Source: Savitreella phatthalungensis
Taxonomy: Eukaryota
Length of the DNA: 64,000 nt
Direction: 5' to 3'
Assembly: GCA_051599415.1 (NCBI GenBank)
Contig: AP039691.1
Coordinates: forward strand, 124,001-188,000
How positions within the stretch are numbered: the first letter of the stretch is position 1; the number at the start of each line of letters is the position of its first letter. Both the position numbers and the translations under genes were made by a program. This document shows positions 32,614 through 42,010 of this stretch, one piece after another. The notes beneath the pieces are model-generated. The model ran no database searches and was not told the DNA's origin. It saw only the letters and a program-made list of their open reading frames with translations.

Positions 32614-33768
32614 CTACAGTACGCCTGCCCTGCGCATGACCGCACAGAACTCATTGAAGGTGAGGTAGGTGCCTGCGCCCTGCATCACAACTGTATTGTC
32701 GTCGACCAGGTCTAGCAGATCGTCATCGATCTCGATCTCTCCTGCTCCTCCTTTCTTTTTATTGTTCACCTTCTTGCCATCTCCTGTCGTTCTGCTACCT
32801 CCACGCCCTTGCTGCTGCTCACCACGCAAGCCCTCAATCAGCGCTATCCGCCGACCCTCGCGCAGCATCTCCTCAATCTCACGGTCTCCGAGCTCGGCCT
32901 CGCCAATGTCCTTGGCGATCCGTCGTAGATCATCTGCCGTCACATAGTCTTTCCTCTTCGGTTGCTTCTGGTCCCTATCGGTGTCCACCTTAGCGCCGAG
33001 CGATGAAGGCACAGTGAACAGCTCCCATGCGTACTCCGCATCGTCATCGTCATCCTCGCCATCATCGTGCTTCTGAGTCTGCTGCTTCTTTCCCTTTTGC
33101 TTGGTTGTGCCTGTCGCTTTGGTCTTTGTCACTCGGCCAGCTCCATTTACGGTCTCCTTCTTGACCTCAGGTGCCGCCAAAAAGAACCCTCCACCTGAGT
33201 CAACCTGCTCTTCCTCTTCCTCTTCCTCCTTCACTTCCTGCTCTCCATCGTCGCTCTCACCCTCACCTTCTCCGTCGGATTCGGCATCCGAGTCGACCAT
33301 ACCCTTGGCCAATTCCCAGACGCTGCAGAATTCCTGGAACGAGAGACCACGTCCTTCTGGTTCCTTGTTTTGTGGCTTGCGACCTCGCGTTTTCGGCGTG
33401 AACGCTCTGAGGATTGTAGCCTTCGAGTCGTCAGACAATTTGACGCCGGCGGTGGCCAACGCGTCGCCGGCGCTCGATAGCGGCAGTCGCCCGTCACCTT
33501 CACCTTCAGCCAATCGTGTAAAAATCGTTCGCAGTCGACGTCGCTCACCAGGGGTCACTGTCGATTCAACCTCGTCTTCTGAACCGCTACTCGCAGATGA
33601 GGCCTCCACGACAGCGAGAGCGGTAGCGGCGCGACGTGGACGTCGAACCCGTTGGTTGCTCTGAAGATCGAGCACGTCGACGTCAGGACCGTTCTGGCGG
33701 CCACCATCGTCAAGATCAGGCGAGATTCCATCCTTGCTATCGACTCGGCGCTTCTTCGCCGGCGGCAT
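32614..33768 (-). CDS. Divergent centrin/calmodulin-like EF-hand protein with large acidic/basic insertions
   Basis: Starts MPPAKKRR (NLS-like). Degenerate EF-hand helices: LRTIFTRL, LSFQEFCSVW, AWELFT, VTADDLRRIAKDIGEAELGDREIEEML, LTFNEFCAVMRRAG. Confidence 0.75.
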   Translation of the reverse strand: MPPAKKRRVDSKDGISPDLDDGGRQNGPDVDVLDLQSNQRVRRPRRAATALAVVEASSASSGSEDEVESTVTPGERRRLRTIFTRLAEGEGDGRLPLSSAGDALATAGVKLSDDSKATILRAFTPKTRGRKPQNKEPEGRGLSFQEFCSVWELAKGMVDSDAESDGEGEGESDDGEQEVKEEEEEEEQVDSGGGFFLAAPEVKKETVNGAGRVTKTKATGTTKQKGKKQQTQKHDDGEDDDDDAEYAWELFTVPSSLGAKVDTDRDQKQPKRKDYVTADDLRRIAKDIGEAELGDREIEEMLREGRRIALIEGLRGEQQQGRGGSRTTGDGKKVNNKKKGGAGEIEIDDDLLDLVDDNTVVMQGAGTYLTFNEFCAVMRRAGVL

Positions 33769-33992
33769 CTCTCTGCTTAGGCGTCGTGTGGTGCGGTGGA
33801 TGTTGGTGGTGGTAGTGCTGCGTAGTGGTTTTATGACGTACATGTGTTAGTGTTCGTGAATCTCCTTTAATGTTGTACGGATGCACGATCGGAGACAATA
33901 AATACAGCTGGACAAGATTCAGGATTGTGGCACACAGAAAGAGATTGCATGTCCATGGTCTTCTAGTGGGACTAATTCCTCGTGGTGTAATC

Positions 33993-36900
33993 CTATCGAT
34001 GTCGAGCAGTCGTGATACCATGTGACTGCGGTGACATCTGTGTGATGGTGCGCGCTGTTGGGGACGAGGTGATCTGGACTGATTCAGTACTGACTGCTGC
34101 GGAGAGCATGCGTATTCGTGGAGTACCCGGATGTGACAGTTTCCCTTTCGTATGTCGCTTTCCTGGCGTTGTCGGTGCGTCAGTGCGGCCGACTGAAATA
34201 CTTGACGACTTGGCTTGACGCCGTATGCCTTCTGGAGTCGTCGTGCCAAACTTTACAGGCTGACCGTCCCGTAGGCGTTCTGGCGATGACGATGGCGTTC
34301 GTGCGGCAGATCGCCTGTGCAGGGATGGAGATCTTCGGGCGCCTGACAACTTAGCAGGAAGCGCGGACTCATCATCGAAGATCTCCTCAATCTTGGTGCC
34401 GGGGATGATTCCACTGGATGTACGTCGCCGCTTGGCGACCCCGCTCACTCGAGCCCGCGGCGTCCAATTCCGGCTCGATAATACAGTGCAGTCGTTCGTG
34501 CTCTGTGACAGAATGGATATCGAATCGTCATCGCCGTCAGAGGAAGCGATCGCGATGGGACAGTCGATCGAGCCAATCGAAGTGTCCTCTGCACGATTGA
34601 GTCTCGGCGGGGAACCTTGGTCATTGGATGCGACTCTCCGCACAGATTGCGGACTTCGCCTGCGATTAGTATCGGACCCAGGAGAAGGAAACCCTGTGCG
34701 ACTGCTGGACAGGGGCACAGCCTCGACTGGCACGGTAGAGGTGTCGTCTCGAGGCCGAGCTGATGCTTTTCCATGCACCGGACTGCGAGGAATCGTAGTC
34801 AAGGGCGACGCAACCTGTGGCTCCTTGCTGACAGTGACTGATGAGCTCCGTCGTTCCCGACCTGGTGAGCTCTGCACAGTCGAATCGCTATTTCGACCCG
34901 CTTGCGGGGATGCTCGCTTGGATCGCTGACTGATCTCGCGCGAACTGTGACGCTCTCGTCTCGGTGACAACGATGCCGATGCTCGTTTATGCTTCGGTGA
35001 CTGATCGTTCCTTGCTGTCGAAGCTTTAGACGAGATTGATCTCGCAGACATCGCTGTTGATTGCCTGACTATTTCCGGCCGCTCAGTGCGTGAGCCTGAC
35101 CTTGATGCGTTGCGCGATCGTTCTTTCACAGTCCTTGACATGGCCAGTTGCTCCTCCTCTTTCGAGTAGTCACCTGCAAGCATGAGTTGTAGCAAATAGT
35201 CGTCCATTGAATCATCCGAAGCACTCCATTCGAGCTCACCGAGGTCATTCTGCTCCTTCCTGTTGCCTGTAGCATCGAGACCATGACGCGAGCCTGTCTG
35301 GCTGTCGCGCCGAAAGAGCGGTTCTTTGTCATTACGCGATTTCAAGTCCTGCCACCAGTCAATATCGTCAGCGTCCAGGTGGTCCTCAAGGCCACCAGGT
35401 GTTGCCCTGGTCGCAGGCAGACATGCACCCAGGGCTTGTTCAGTTATGGAGGAGTCCTCAATGCTGCCGTTACCCAACACCTCATTAATCCCGACAGCTG
35501 TCTTCATGTCAAGCAGGACCGATAGATCTTGTGTATCATGAGGCCTTTCCGAGGTTGCTGTCGATGAGGTATTGCGATCAGACGGACTGAATCTCGAAGA
35601 CGTTTCTGAGCCGCATACCGAAGAGTCAATAACGATGATGGCATCCCTGTTGGCCGTAGTTGTGGACGCACGGATGGCTTGAGCCATCGCCTGCTCGAAG
35701 TCTTGGTCATATCGACCATTCTGTTCCTCCTGCTGCTGACGCTGGTGCTGATTGCGCCGAGCGACAGATTTGACCCGTTTTCTTGGTACCTTTGTGAGCG
35801 CCACTTCAGCCTCAACCTCATCGTCGATTAGACGCTGTTCGAAAGCAGCTTCATCCTCGCTATCGTCGATGATGGCATCTTCCTTAGCTCGCCACTGTCC
35901 AGCCTCGAATTCAACTTGCGAAAGCAGATCTGGTGAGTCCCACGCGATCGCTCTGCGACACCCATCTTCGACAACGTGGTAGAGTTTTGATAATTGCTTG
36001 TAAATGGTTGTCGTCCTCCAAAAGTTGTGTTCATTTACAGATTCCTGAGAATGACGCTCTTCCGGCGATCGCGAATCAGTCTGAGAGAGCCCACAGAGGA
36101 GCTCGAATGCTGCATGGGCAATCAAATGCCGCAAAAGCTTTCTCTGACCACCATAATCGCGCGCGAGGATGTAGTCGAGGTCCTGTAGGGAGACATCGAC
36201 AAGCTCTGTCTCCTCATACAGCGTGCAGTTCAGCACAGAAAGCATATGCCTGGCGGCCTGATTCCGATCGTGTCGATAGAGTGTGGCGCGTGAGAGACCC
36301 GGACGATAGAAAACTTGGGTGGTCGTCACGTTGTGCCACGATTCAAGTCCTGGAATGAGTTGTTCTTTGCGGGGACCCATGTCGTAAGTGCCGGCACATG
36401 ATTGGCAGTCGCGCTTGAGCACGACCGATCGATCGATGAGTGCTTTGAGATATCGCGGTGATGTGTCTACTGCAACGACCATTTGTTTGGGGCCATCCAG
36501 AAGCTCGGCCCATCTGCGACGGCCATAAAAGATTCGTGGCCTAGCGCGGCGTGATCGCCGCGGGAATGACAAGTCCGTCGAAAGCGTCATCTCGTGCGCA
36601 TTCCAAGCGATCTCTTCATCTGCAGTGTCGGCCGTATCAGGTCTGCGATTGGGCCTATATCTTTGGGAGTAGTCTGAGACGTTGCTGCAACCTGCCGTAG
36701 AAGGACGATAGCTGTCGCTTGAGCTGCCGCTCGCGACAGTTGTTGGACGAGCTGCCATGGCTGTTTGTGTAGCTTTCGCTTGTGCAATGCGTGCTGACGG
36801 CGGCCTGGAGGGCTTGTCCTTTGTTTCGTGATTGCCCTGATGCTTCAGCGGCAGGATGATGATCTTCGAATTGGCGTCTACCTTTCTTCGTTTGGATGTT

Positions 36901-38084
36901 GATCCAGAGGTTGCGCTAACGGATCGTGGCCGCTTGAATGAACCGGTGGAGTTACTTGGAGTGGTGCCTGCTGTGAGCGCAGAGAGTGCTGGCTCTGCAG
37001 ACGTGCCATGTCCGGTGGAGCTTGTCGTCGCGCTTAATGAGATAGGGCGAGCTCGACCCATCGAAGTACCTGTAGAAGGCCATTCGGAAGAAGAAGGTAG
37101 TGGAATATGAGAGTTTGCAGAAGAGGAAGGCCGTGGCAGGTGAGAATTTGCGGACGATGGCGGTGATGGATCCTCGGGCACGCCCCAAAACTTGGCGCTG
37201 GCGACCGCGCCCCAGTGTTTGGCGCGCGCCGAAATACCGCCGCGTGCCTGCGCGTCGTGAGCCTGATCGGCCCATATTTGGGAGAAGATTTGATTGTGTC
37301 GGTAGACGAGGGCTGAAAAGATGACTGTCTTTGACCAGCGGAGCACGGTATCTTCATACAGCATGTGCGTGAGGATATATCTCGCGAACGCATCGGCGAA
37401 GTCAGCGCCGTTATTGAGGACAGCCAAACCGTGCATGGCTGGTGCAAGCTTTTCCTTGATCGCAACCCAGTACGGCATGGTTTGAGCTTTGCAAGATGTC
37501 CGGCTGGCTTTGTATGTGGCGGCTTCGATGATTGAGATCCGACGGCTCTGCGGAATTTCTTCGTTTTCATCCGGATAGTATTCGGCAAGAGCAGCCTCGA
37601 TGAATTGCTCGCGTACGCTGCGCATGATCCAATAGACTCGAGCCTCAAGATGCATCTGTTGAAGCGTCTCTTCAAATCCTGCAGCAGCCGTCTCCAGCTT
37701 GTACCAACACCGTGATCCAAGAAGGTAGAGGCGACAGTTATAGTCAAGTGGATCTGCACCCTCGGCACATTCTGCATCCTCGACCGCCCAATTTCGAATA
37801 TCTTCGACAATGATGTAGTCGTCCGCTGTATCGTTAGCATGGCGACCCTTTCCTACAACACGACAGACCATCTCGACTGGTGCGTTGAGAGAGCAATCAG
37901 ACAGCGCGTCGACGGGCTTGTCATTATCCCGTTCAGCGCAGTACCGTGGATGTCTCTTATCTCTGCGGATGAAGACCTCATGGACATCGTGGATAGGCCA
38001 ATCTGCAAAGTGTCCTTTCGGAATGGAGAACCGATGTGCCTCTGATTTGTAGACCTGAGGCATGGGATTGGAGGGATGTGCCAT
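33993..38084 (-). CDS. RFTS (DNMT1-RFD)-domain protein, Raf2/Dos2-like, with UIM-like motifs and a long disordered tail; likely start 38084
   Basis: N-terminal DWP...IIVEDIRNWAVE...LYLLGSRCWYKLE pattern is RFTS-like. Two helical repeats end WSKTVIF and WRTTTIY, as recalled for S. pombe Raf2. DQDFEQAMAQAIRAS is UIM-like. Confidence 0.65.
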   Translation of the reverse strand: MAHPSNPMPQVYKSEAHRFSIPKGHFADWPIHDVHEVFIRRDKRHPRYCAERDNDKPVDALSDCSLNAPVEMVCRVVGKGRHANDTADDYIIVEDIRNWAVEDAECAEGADPLDYNCRLYLLGSRCWYKLETAAAGFEETLQQMHLEARVYWIMRSVREQFIEAALAEYYPDENEEIPQSRRISIIEAATYKASRTSCKAQTMPYWVAIKEKLAPAMHGLAVLNNGADFADAFARYILTHMLYEDTVLRWSKTVIFSALVYRHNQIFSQIWADQAHDAQARGGISARAKHWGAVASAKFWGVPEDPSPPSSANSHLPRPSSSANSHIPLPSSSEWPSTGTSMGRARPISLSATTSSTGHGTSAEPALSALTAGTTPSNSTGSFKRPRSVSATSGSTSKRRKVDANSKIIILPLKHQGNHETKDKPSRPPSARIAQAKATQTAMAARPTTVASGSSSDSYRPSTAGCSNVSDYSQRYRPNRRPDTADTADEEIAWNAHEMTLSTDLSFPRRSRRARPRIFYGRRRWAELLDGPKQMVVAVDTSPRYLKALIDRSVVLKRDCQSCAGTYDMGPRKEQLIPGLESWHNVTTTQVFYRPGLSRATLYRHDRNQAARHMLSVLNCTLYEETELVDVSLQDLDYILARDYGGQRKLLRHLIAHAAFELLCGLSQTDSRSPEERHSQESVNEHNFWRTTTIYKQLSKLYHVVEDGCRRAIAWDSPDLLSQVEFEAGQWRAKEDAIIDDSEDEAAFEQRLIDDEVEAEVALTKVPRKRVKSVARRNQHQRQQQEEQNGRYDQDFEQAMAQAIRASTTTANRDAIIVIDSSVCGSETSSRFSPSDRNTSSTATSERPHDTQDLSVLLDMKTAVGINEVLGNGSIEDSSITEQALGACLPATRATPGGLEDHLDADDIDWWQDLKSRNDKEPLFRRDSQTGSRHGLDATGNRKEQNDLGELEWSASDDSMDDYLLQLMLAGDYSKEEEQLAMSRTVKERSRNASRSGSRTERPEIVRQSTAMSARSISSKASTARNDQSPKHKRASASLSPRRERHSSREISQRSKRASPQAGRNSDSTVQSSPGRERRSSSVTVSKEPQVASPLTTIPRSPVHGKASARPRDDTSTVPVEAVPLSSSRTGFPSPGSDTNRRRSPQSVRRVASNDQGSPPRLNRAEDTSIGSIDCPIAIASSDGDDDSISILSQSTNDCTVLSSRNWTPRARVSGVAKRRRTSSGIIPGTKIEEIFDDESALPAKLSGARRSPSLHRRSAARTPSSSPERLRDGQPVKFGTTTPEGIRRQAKSSSISVGRTDAPTTPGKRHTKGKLSHPGTPRIRMLSAAVSTESVQITSSPTARTITQMSPQSHGITTARHR

Positions 38085-38705
38085 CAGCAGGTGAGAGTGG
38101 GAAGGGCAGTGACAAGTGCAGAAGTCAGTGCCACTCTCAATGTTTAGAGCTTTGTAAGCAAAACACGTCACAAGTTTCGGGAATTGAACCCGTCACGCGT
38201 CACGTCAACTTGTCTCGCGCCATACCTGTTGAGCTGCGCGTCAATGAAGCCAGAAGAGAGGACGCAAGTAGCCCAAGCGTCAGAACAGCGTCGTCCAAGT
38301 ATTAGCACCTCTCTTAGCAGTTGTCTGATAGAGTACCTCGAACAGCAGACTGATGAGCAGTTGCTGATGATGTATATGATCTTTGTCTGGGAGTACGTGC
38401 GTGTATGTGTGTGTATGTATGTGGTAATGGTGCATGTTTCATAAAAGGGAAATGTTGATCACAGTGTGTACAAGGCCGGTTATTATTGCACATGCACAAA
38501 GCTAGATGTTTATGCATCTTATGCAGTCATAAAGGCTATATGCAACGTGTACAGGTTACGGGCACCAGGACATGAAGACGACCGAGGTCATGGGTCCAGG
38601 GTGCAGCATATATAACATGAACCAATCATTATATGATAACGTTGCAGAAGCTTACAGATATCCGGCCAACCCTGAATAAAGAACAGTCATACAGGCTGCT
38701 CAGGT

Positions 38706-40019
38706 ATGGCTAAAACAGGCTATAGAGTTGTCCCTTGGCGTGACAAGGCTGAATGGCTGGAGCTCCGAAGCGCTTTCTACCACGCTTCTGCCCAATCTCA
38801 GACCACGACCGATGCCACAGTGATTGACTCACGCGTCACGGCAATCAATAAGGTCAATGCTTGGCGCCTCAGAGGTCGAGTCCCTCACGCTGTCGAGTCG
38901 ACATGCATGTTGACGTGTGCGGTGGTCGGTGCAACTAGCCGGCCGCAGCTGGACTCTTGCTTGATGATGTCTGCGGCGCTAGTCCGATTTGTGAATGGGC
39001 TTGTGGATCCTGCTCAGCAGGGTGTCTACGCGATGTCGATGATGCAGCTGGCGAGATCGATTGGGCTGCCTGAGTACTTTGTGGAGATCCGGCATTCCGC
39101 CACGCACGAAGAGCTGCCATCCTACAGATCCCTCCTCGCCGCTACAGAGTCCGCACTTGACTGGCTGTACGCAAACTACTGGGAGATCGAGTACGCCGAC
39201 GACCACACTCGCCCGCCGTCGGCAGACTCGGCTATCAACGAAACGGAAGAGAGATCCACAGGGCTGACTTACGAAGTCCGCGGACTTCTCCAAGCTTGGA
39301 GATCTCTACGAAAGGATTTGGTCAAGCTAGATCGGCCGCTAACGAGTGGTGATCAGGATCCGACCATCAGAGCCGCATGGTCTCTGGTACGAGACGCTGA
39401 TCGCCACTTGCGGTCTCCGGACGGCGCTCGCGTATTCGTCAACGAGCTTCTATCGGACGAATTCCTTCTGAAGCGTGTATCTGCCTCTCTAAGTGGACGT
39501 GATCCATGGAGTCCCTTAATGGACAGCTTGATTCGGAATCCCGGCTTCGCTCGCAACTTCGCCCTCAAGGCGCTAGCACTTCTCCTCGTTGATGACATTC
39601 CTGCCACTACCACCACACAAACTCGGCCAAAAGTTGCGGAGGCGACAACAGATCGGCTACAACAGTACTGGCTAGCATGTATATCGGCGCACAGCGGCAG
39701 TACTACTGGTACATCCGAGATCACGCGCGAGGTCCTGCGTGAGCTGGCTCTGGCGAAAGGTGTAAAGTCTGAAGCACTGATCCGGATGCTTGAGAGCCGG
39801 ACATCGATCGATGTGTCGATGGTCCTGAAGCTCCGCAAGCTGGAGCCATTGTCATCTCGAGTTGCAGCTGATTGTGGTGCTACAGGTGGAGAGACGCAGG
39901 AGAGAAAACGAGGACGTGACGATGATGACGATTTGACAGAGCTAAGAGCTAACAGACTGATACGGAAGGTGCAACCGGGCCGCCAGCGGCCGATTGGTTT
40001 TATCGATGTAGTTCTATGA
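38706..40019 (+). CDS. LAS1: Las1 HEPN endoribonuclease (ITS2 pre-rRNA processing)
   Basis: RVVPW, AW.LRGRVPHAVEST, RFVNGLVDPAQ, IGLPEYFVEIRHSATH (RHxxxH), WLYANYW. Confidence 0.92.
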   Translation: MAKTGYRVVPWRDKAEWLELRSAFYHASAQSQTTTDATVIDSRVTAINKVNAWRLRGRVPHAVESTCMLTCAVVGATSRPQLDSCLMMSAALVRFVNGLVDPAQQGVYAMSMMQLARSIGLPEYFVEIRHSATHEELPSYRSLLAATESALDWLYANYWEIEYADDHTRPPSADSAINETEERSTGLTYEVRGLLQAWRSLRKDLVKLDRPLTSGDQDPTIRAAWSLVRDADRHLRSPDGARVFVNELLSDEFLLKRVSASLSGRDPWSPLMDSLIRNPGFARNFALKALALLLVDDIPATTTTQTRPKVAEATTDRLQQYWLACISAHSGSTTGTSEITREVLRELALAKGVKSEALIRMLESRTSIDVSMVLKLRKLEPLSSRVAADCGATGGETQERKRGRDDDDDLTELRANRLIRKVQPGRQRPIGFIDVVL

Positions 40020-41102
40020 CCATCTTGGCGCATTTGCGCGGTAGGAGAAGGCGTGGGCATTTGCGAGTGCTGGCAAATCTCTTTGGAGGTACTGTCGGAT
40101 GCGGTCAATGCCCGTCTGATTGGATGCGTCACGTGTCCACACAGAGACGAAATCACCTGACGATTTGCTAACGAGGGAGCAACCGACAACAGCGTCGAGC
40201 AAGTCACTACCCATGAGAAGTCCGTCGAGCACGCCTGACGTGGCAGCGAGCAATACCTGCCTAAAGAAGGCGGTCGCTTCGGCAGCGCGCCTGCTTAGTC
40301 GGATAGTGAGTTGGCCTCCGTAGATGTTGCAGTCGTCCTCCCACAGTGGTCGCGCTCCAGCTTTGAAGACGTGGCGAGAGCACGTGACGTGATGTGGTTC
40401 AACCTCGTCCTCGAGCAGGTGCCACAGGTGCTGGAGTGAGCGAATCGACGCAACAGGGGTCAGATGACGTGCATACTCCTCTGCTGTGTGCCATGTCTCC
40501 CTGAAGCTCCTAGATTGCGCCGCATCCACCGTCCATAGCACCCACTGCTCCTTCAGTGGGATCTCCCGCAGCTTCCCGAGCAACTGAACAGCCATCCGCT
40601 CACGTGATGTCGACGCCAACACTGACGCTGATGACGGCGAGAAAGAGAATGCGCCGGAGGATCGACTGATCAGTTCGCTGACATGACGCTTGTGGCGGTT
40701 GGGTGGCGAGTTGATCGGCCAGGAGTCCGAGCCGCTGTCTGAGGCGGATGCACTCTCCGGCGCCCAGATCGTGGCTGACGGATCACGTTTGAAGAATGGA
40801 GAGCGTGGAGTGACACGCTGAGACATGGCTGCGGCTGCTCGCGGGCTCGGCTCAATCGAATTTCCGGTCGAGTGTTTATGACGGTGGTACTGGAATTGCA
40901 ATCGAGGCGTATTCGACACGGTCAGGTTGCTGCTGCTCGACAGGCTGCCAGACGCTGGGGAGGACGATAGGTAGGATGCATTGCTCCTGGAATGGACACT
41001 GTCGAGTCCAGAGGAGTCGTAACAGCCAGAATCTCCAATGCGGCGTGCTCGTAGCGGCACGGTCGTACCACACTGCGATTTGATTTCGATTGCACTTGTC
41101 AT
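40014..41102 (-). CDS. Divergent eIF4E-family cap-binding protein with a Ser-rich N-terminal extension
   Basis: PLKEQWVLW, HLWH, VFKAGARPLWEDDCNIYGG, VVGCSLV...VSVWTRDA. Confidence 0.85.
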   Translation of the reverse strand: MTSAIEIKSQCGTTVPLRARRIGDSGCYDSSGLDSVHSRSNASYLSSSPASGSLSSSSNLTVSNTPRLQFQYHRHKHSTGNSIEPSPRAAAAMSQRVTPRSPFFKRDPSATIWAPESASASDSGSDSWPINSPPNRHKRHVSELISRSSGAFSFSPSSASVLASTSRERMAVQLLGKLREIPLKEQWVLWTVDAAQSRSFRETWHTAEEYARHLTPVASIRSLQHLWHLLEDEVEPHHVTCSRHVFKAGARPLWEDDCNIYGGQLTIRLSRRAAEATAFFRQVLLAATSGVLDGLLMGSDLLDAVVGCSLVSKSSGDFVSVWTRDASNQTGIDRIRQYLQRDLPALANAHAFSYRANAPRWS

Positions 41103-42010
41103 AGCCCTGGCCGTTGGAGCGATTGAACAACTTTGTAAGAGGCCAGCCTCAGACTGGACAGCGCTCTAGCCAAACCCGAGGTTGACAATAAGGTCTGCCA
41201 GGAATTGTGACAAGGATCCTTGTATATGAAGTTATCGACCGAATGCAAAAGCGAGTTCGTTGAGCTGTCAGGTGACTTGCACTGGACCGTAGGCTGATCG
41301 TACGGAAAGGTTCGTCAATGATGAGTCGTGATGACCCAATATCGCCTCCACGCGAGCGCTCGCCTGTCTCCTGTCACAAGTTGGTTGATTGATAGGTCTG
41401 TCTCCTTGTACGAGGCCCTTGAGATGTCAGGGTGACCTGCGCTGCTGGTGGGACGGACGTTGAAAGACCGGTGGAGTGCACGGCTACCTGCGCGCAAATT
41501 GCGTATGTGTTAGCGTAAGTGATGGTAGAAGCTGAAGCTGTAGTCGAAGGGCAGCAGCTCCATCTTTATGTGGTCGGAATGAGCTCCAAACCGGGGTCAG
41601 GCTCGCCAAGAGCGTCTCATTGAAACGCTTCACATCCAGACATAGACATGTTCGACTAAAAAGCGGAAAGAAAGCTCGTTAATGGGTGCTGCCTGAGCCT
41701 CTACGCCTCTGAGCGTCAGCATTCAATGCAACGAATGTACACGAGACAAGCAGGAGTTGTACATCACCGTCTTTGGCGAATTCCTCGGCGGAAATACTCG
41801 GACCTCGTGTCTCATGACGACGTTCCCGTGTGAGATATCGGTCCTCGTGGAATGCGTTTCGTGACGAGATTTGTAAGCCATAGATGAGCTGTGGGCATCG
41901 CGCTGGCATGGGAATGTGTTGCTTGAAACGGAGCTGTGCTCACCAGCTCTGTGCCCTAAATGATTATATCGAGAGAATGGATGACTTGACATCATCACGC
42001 GGAGAGCGTT

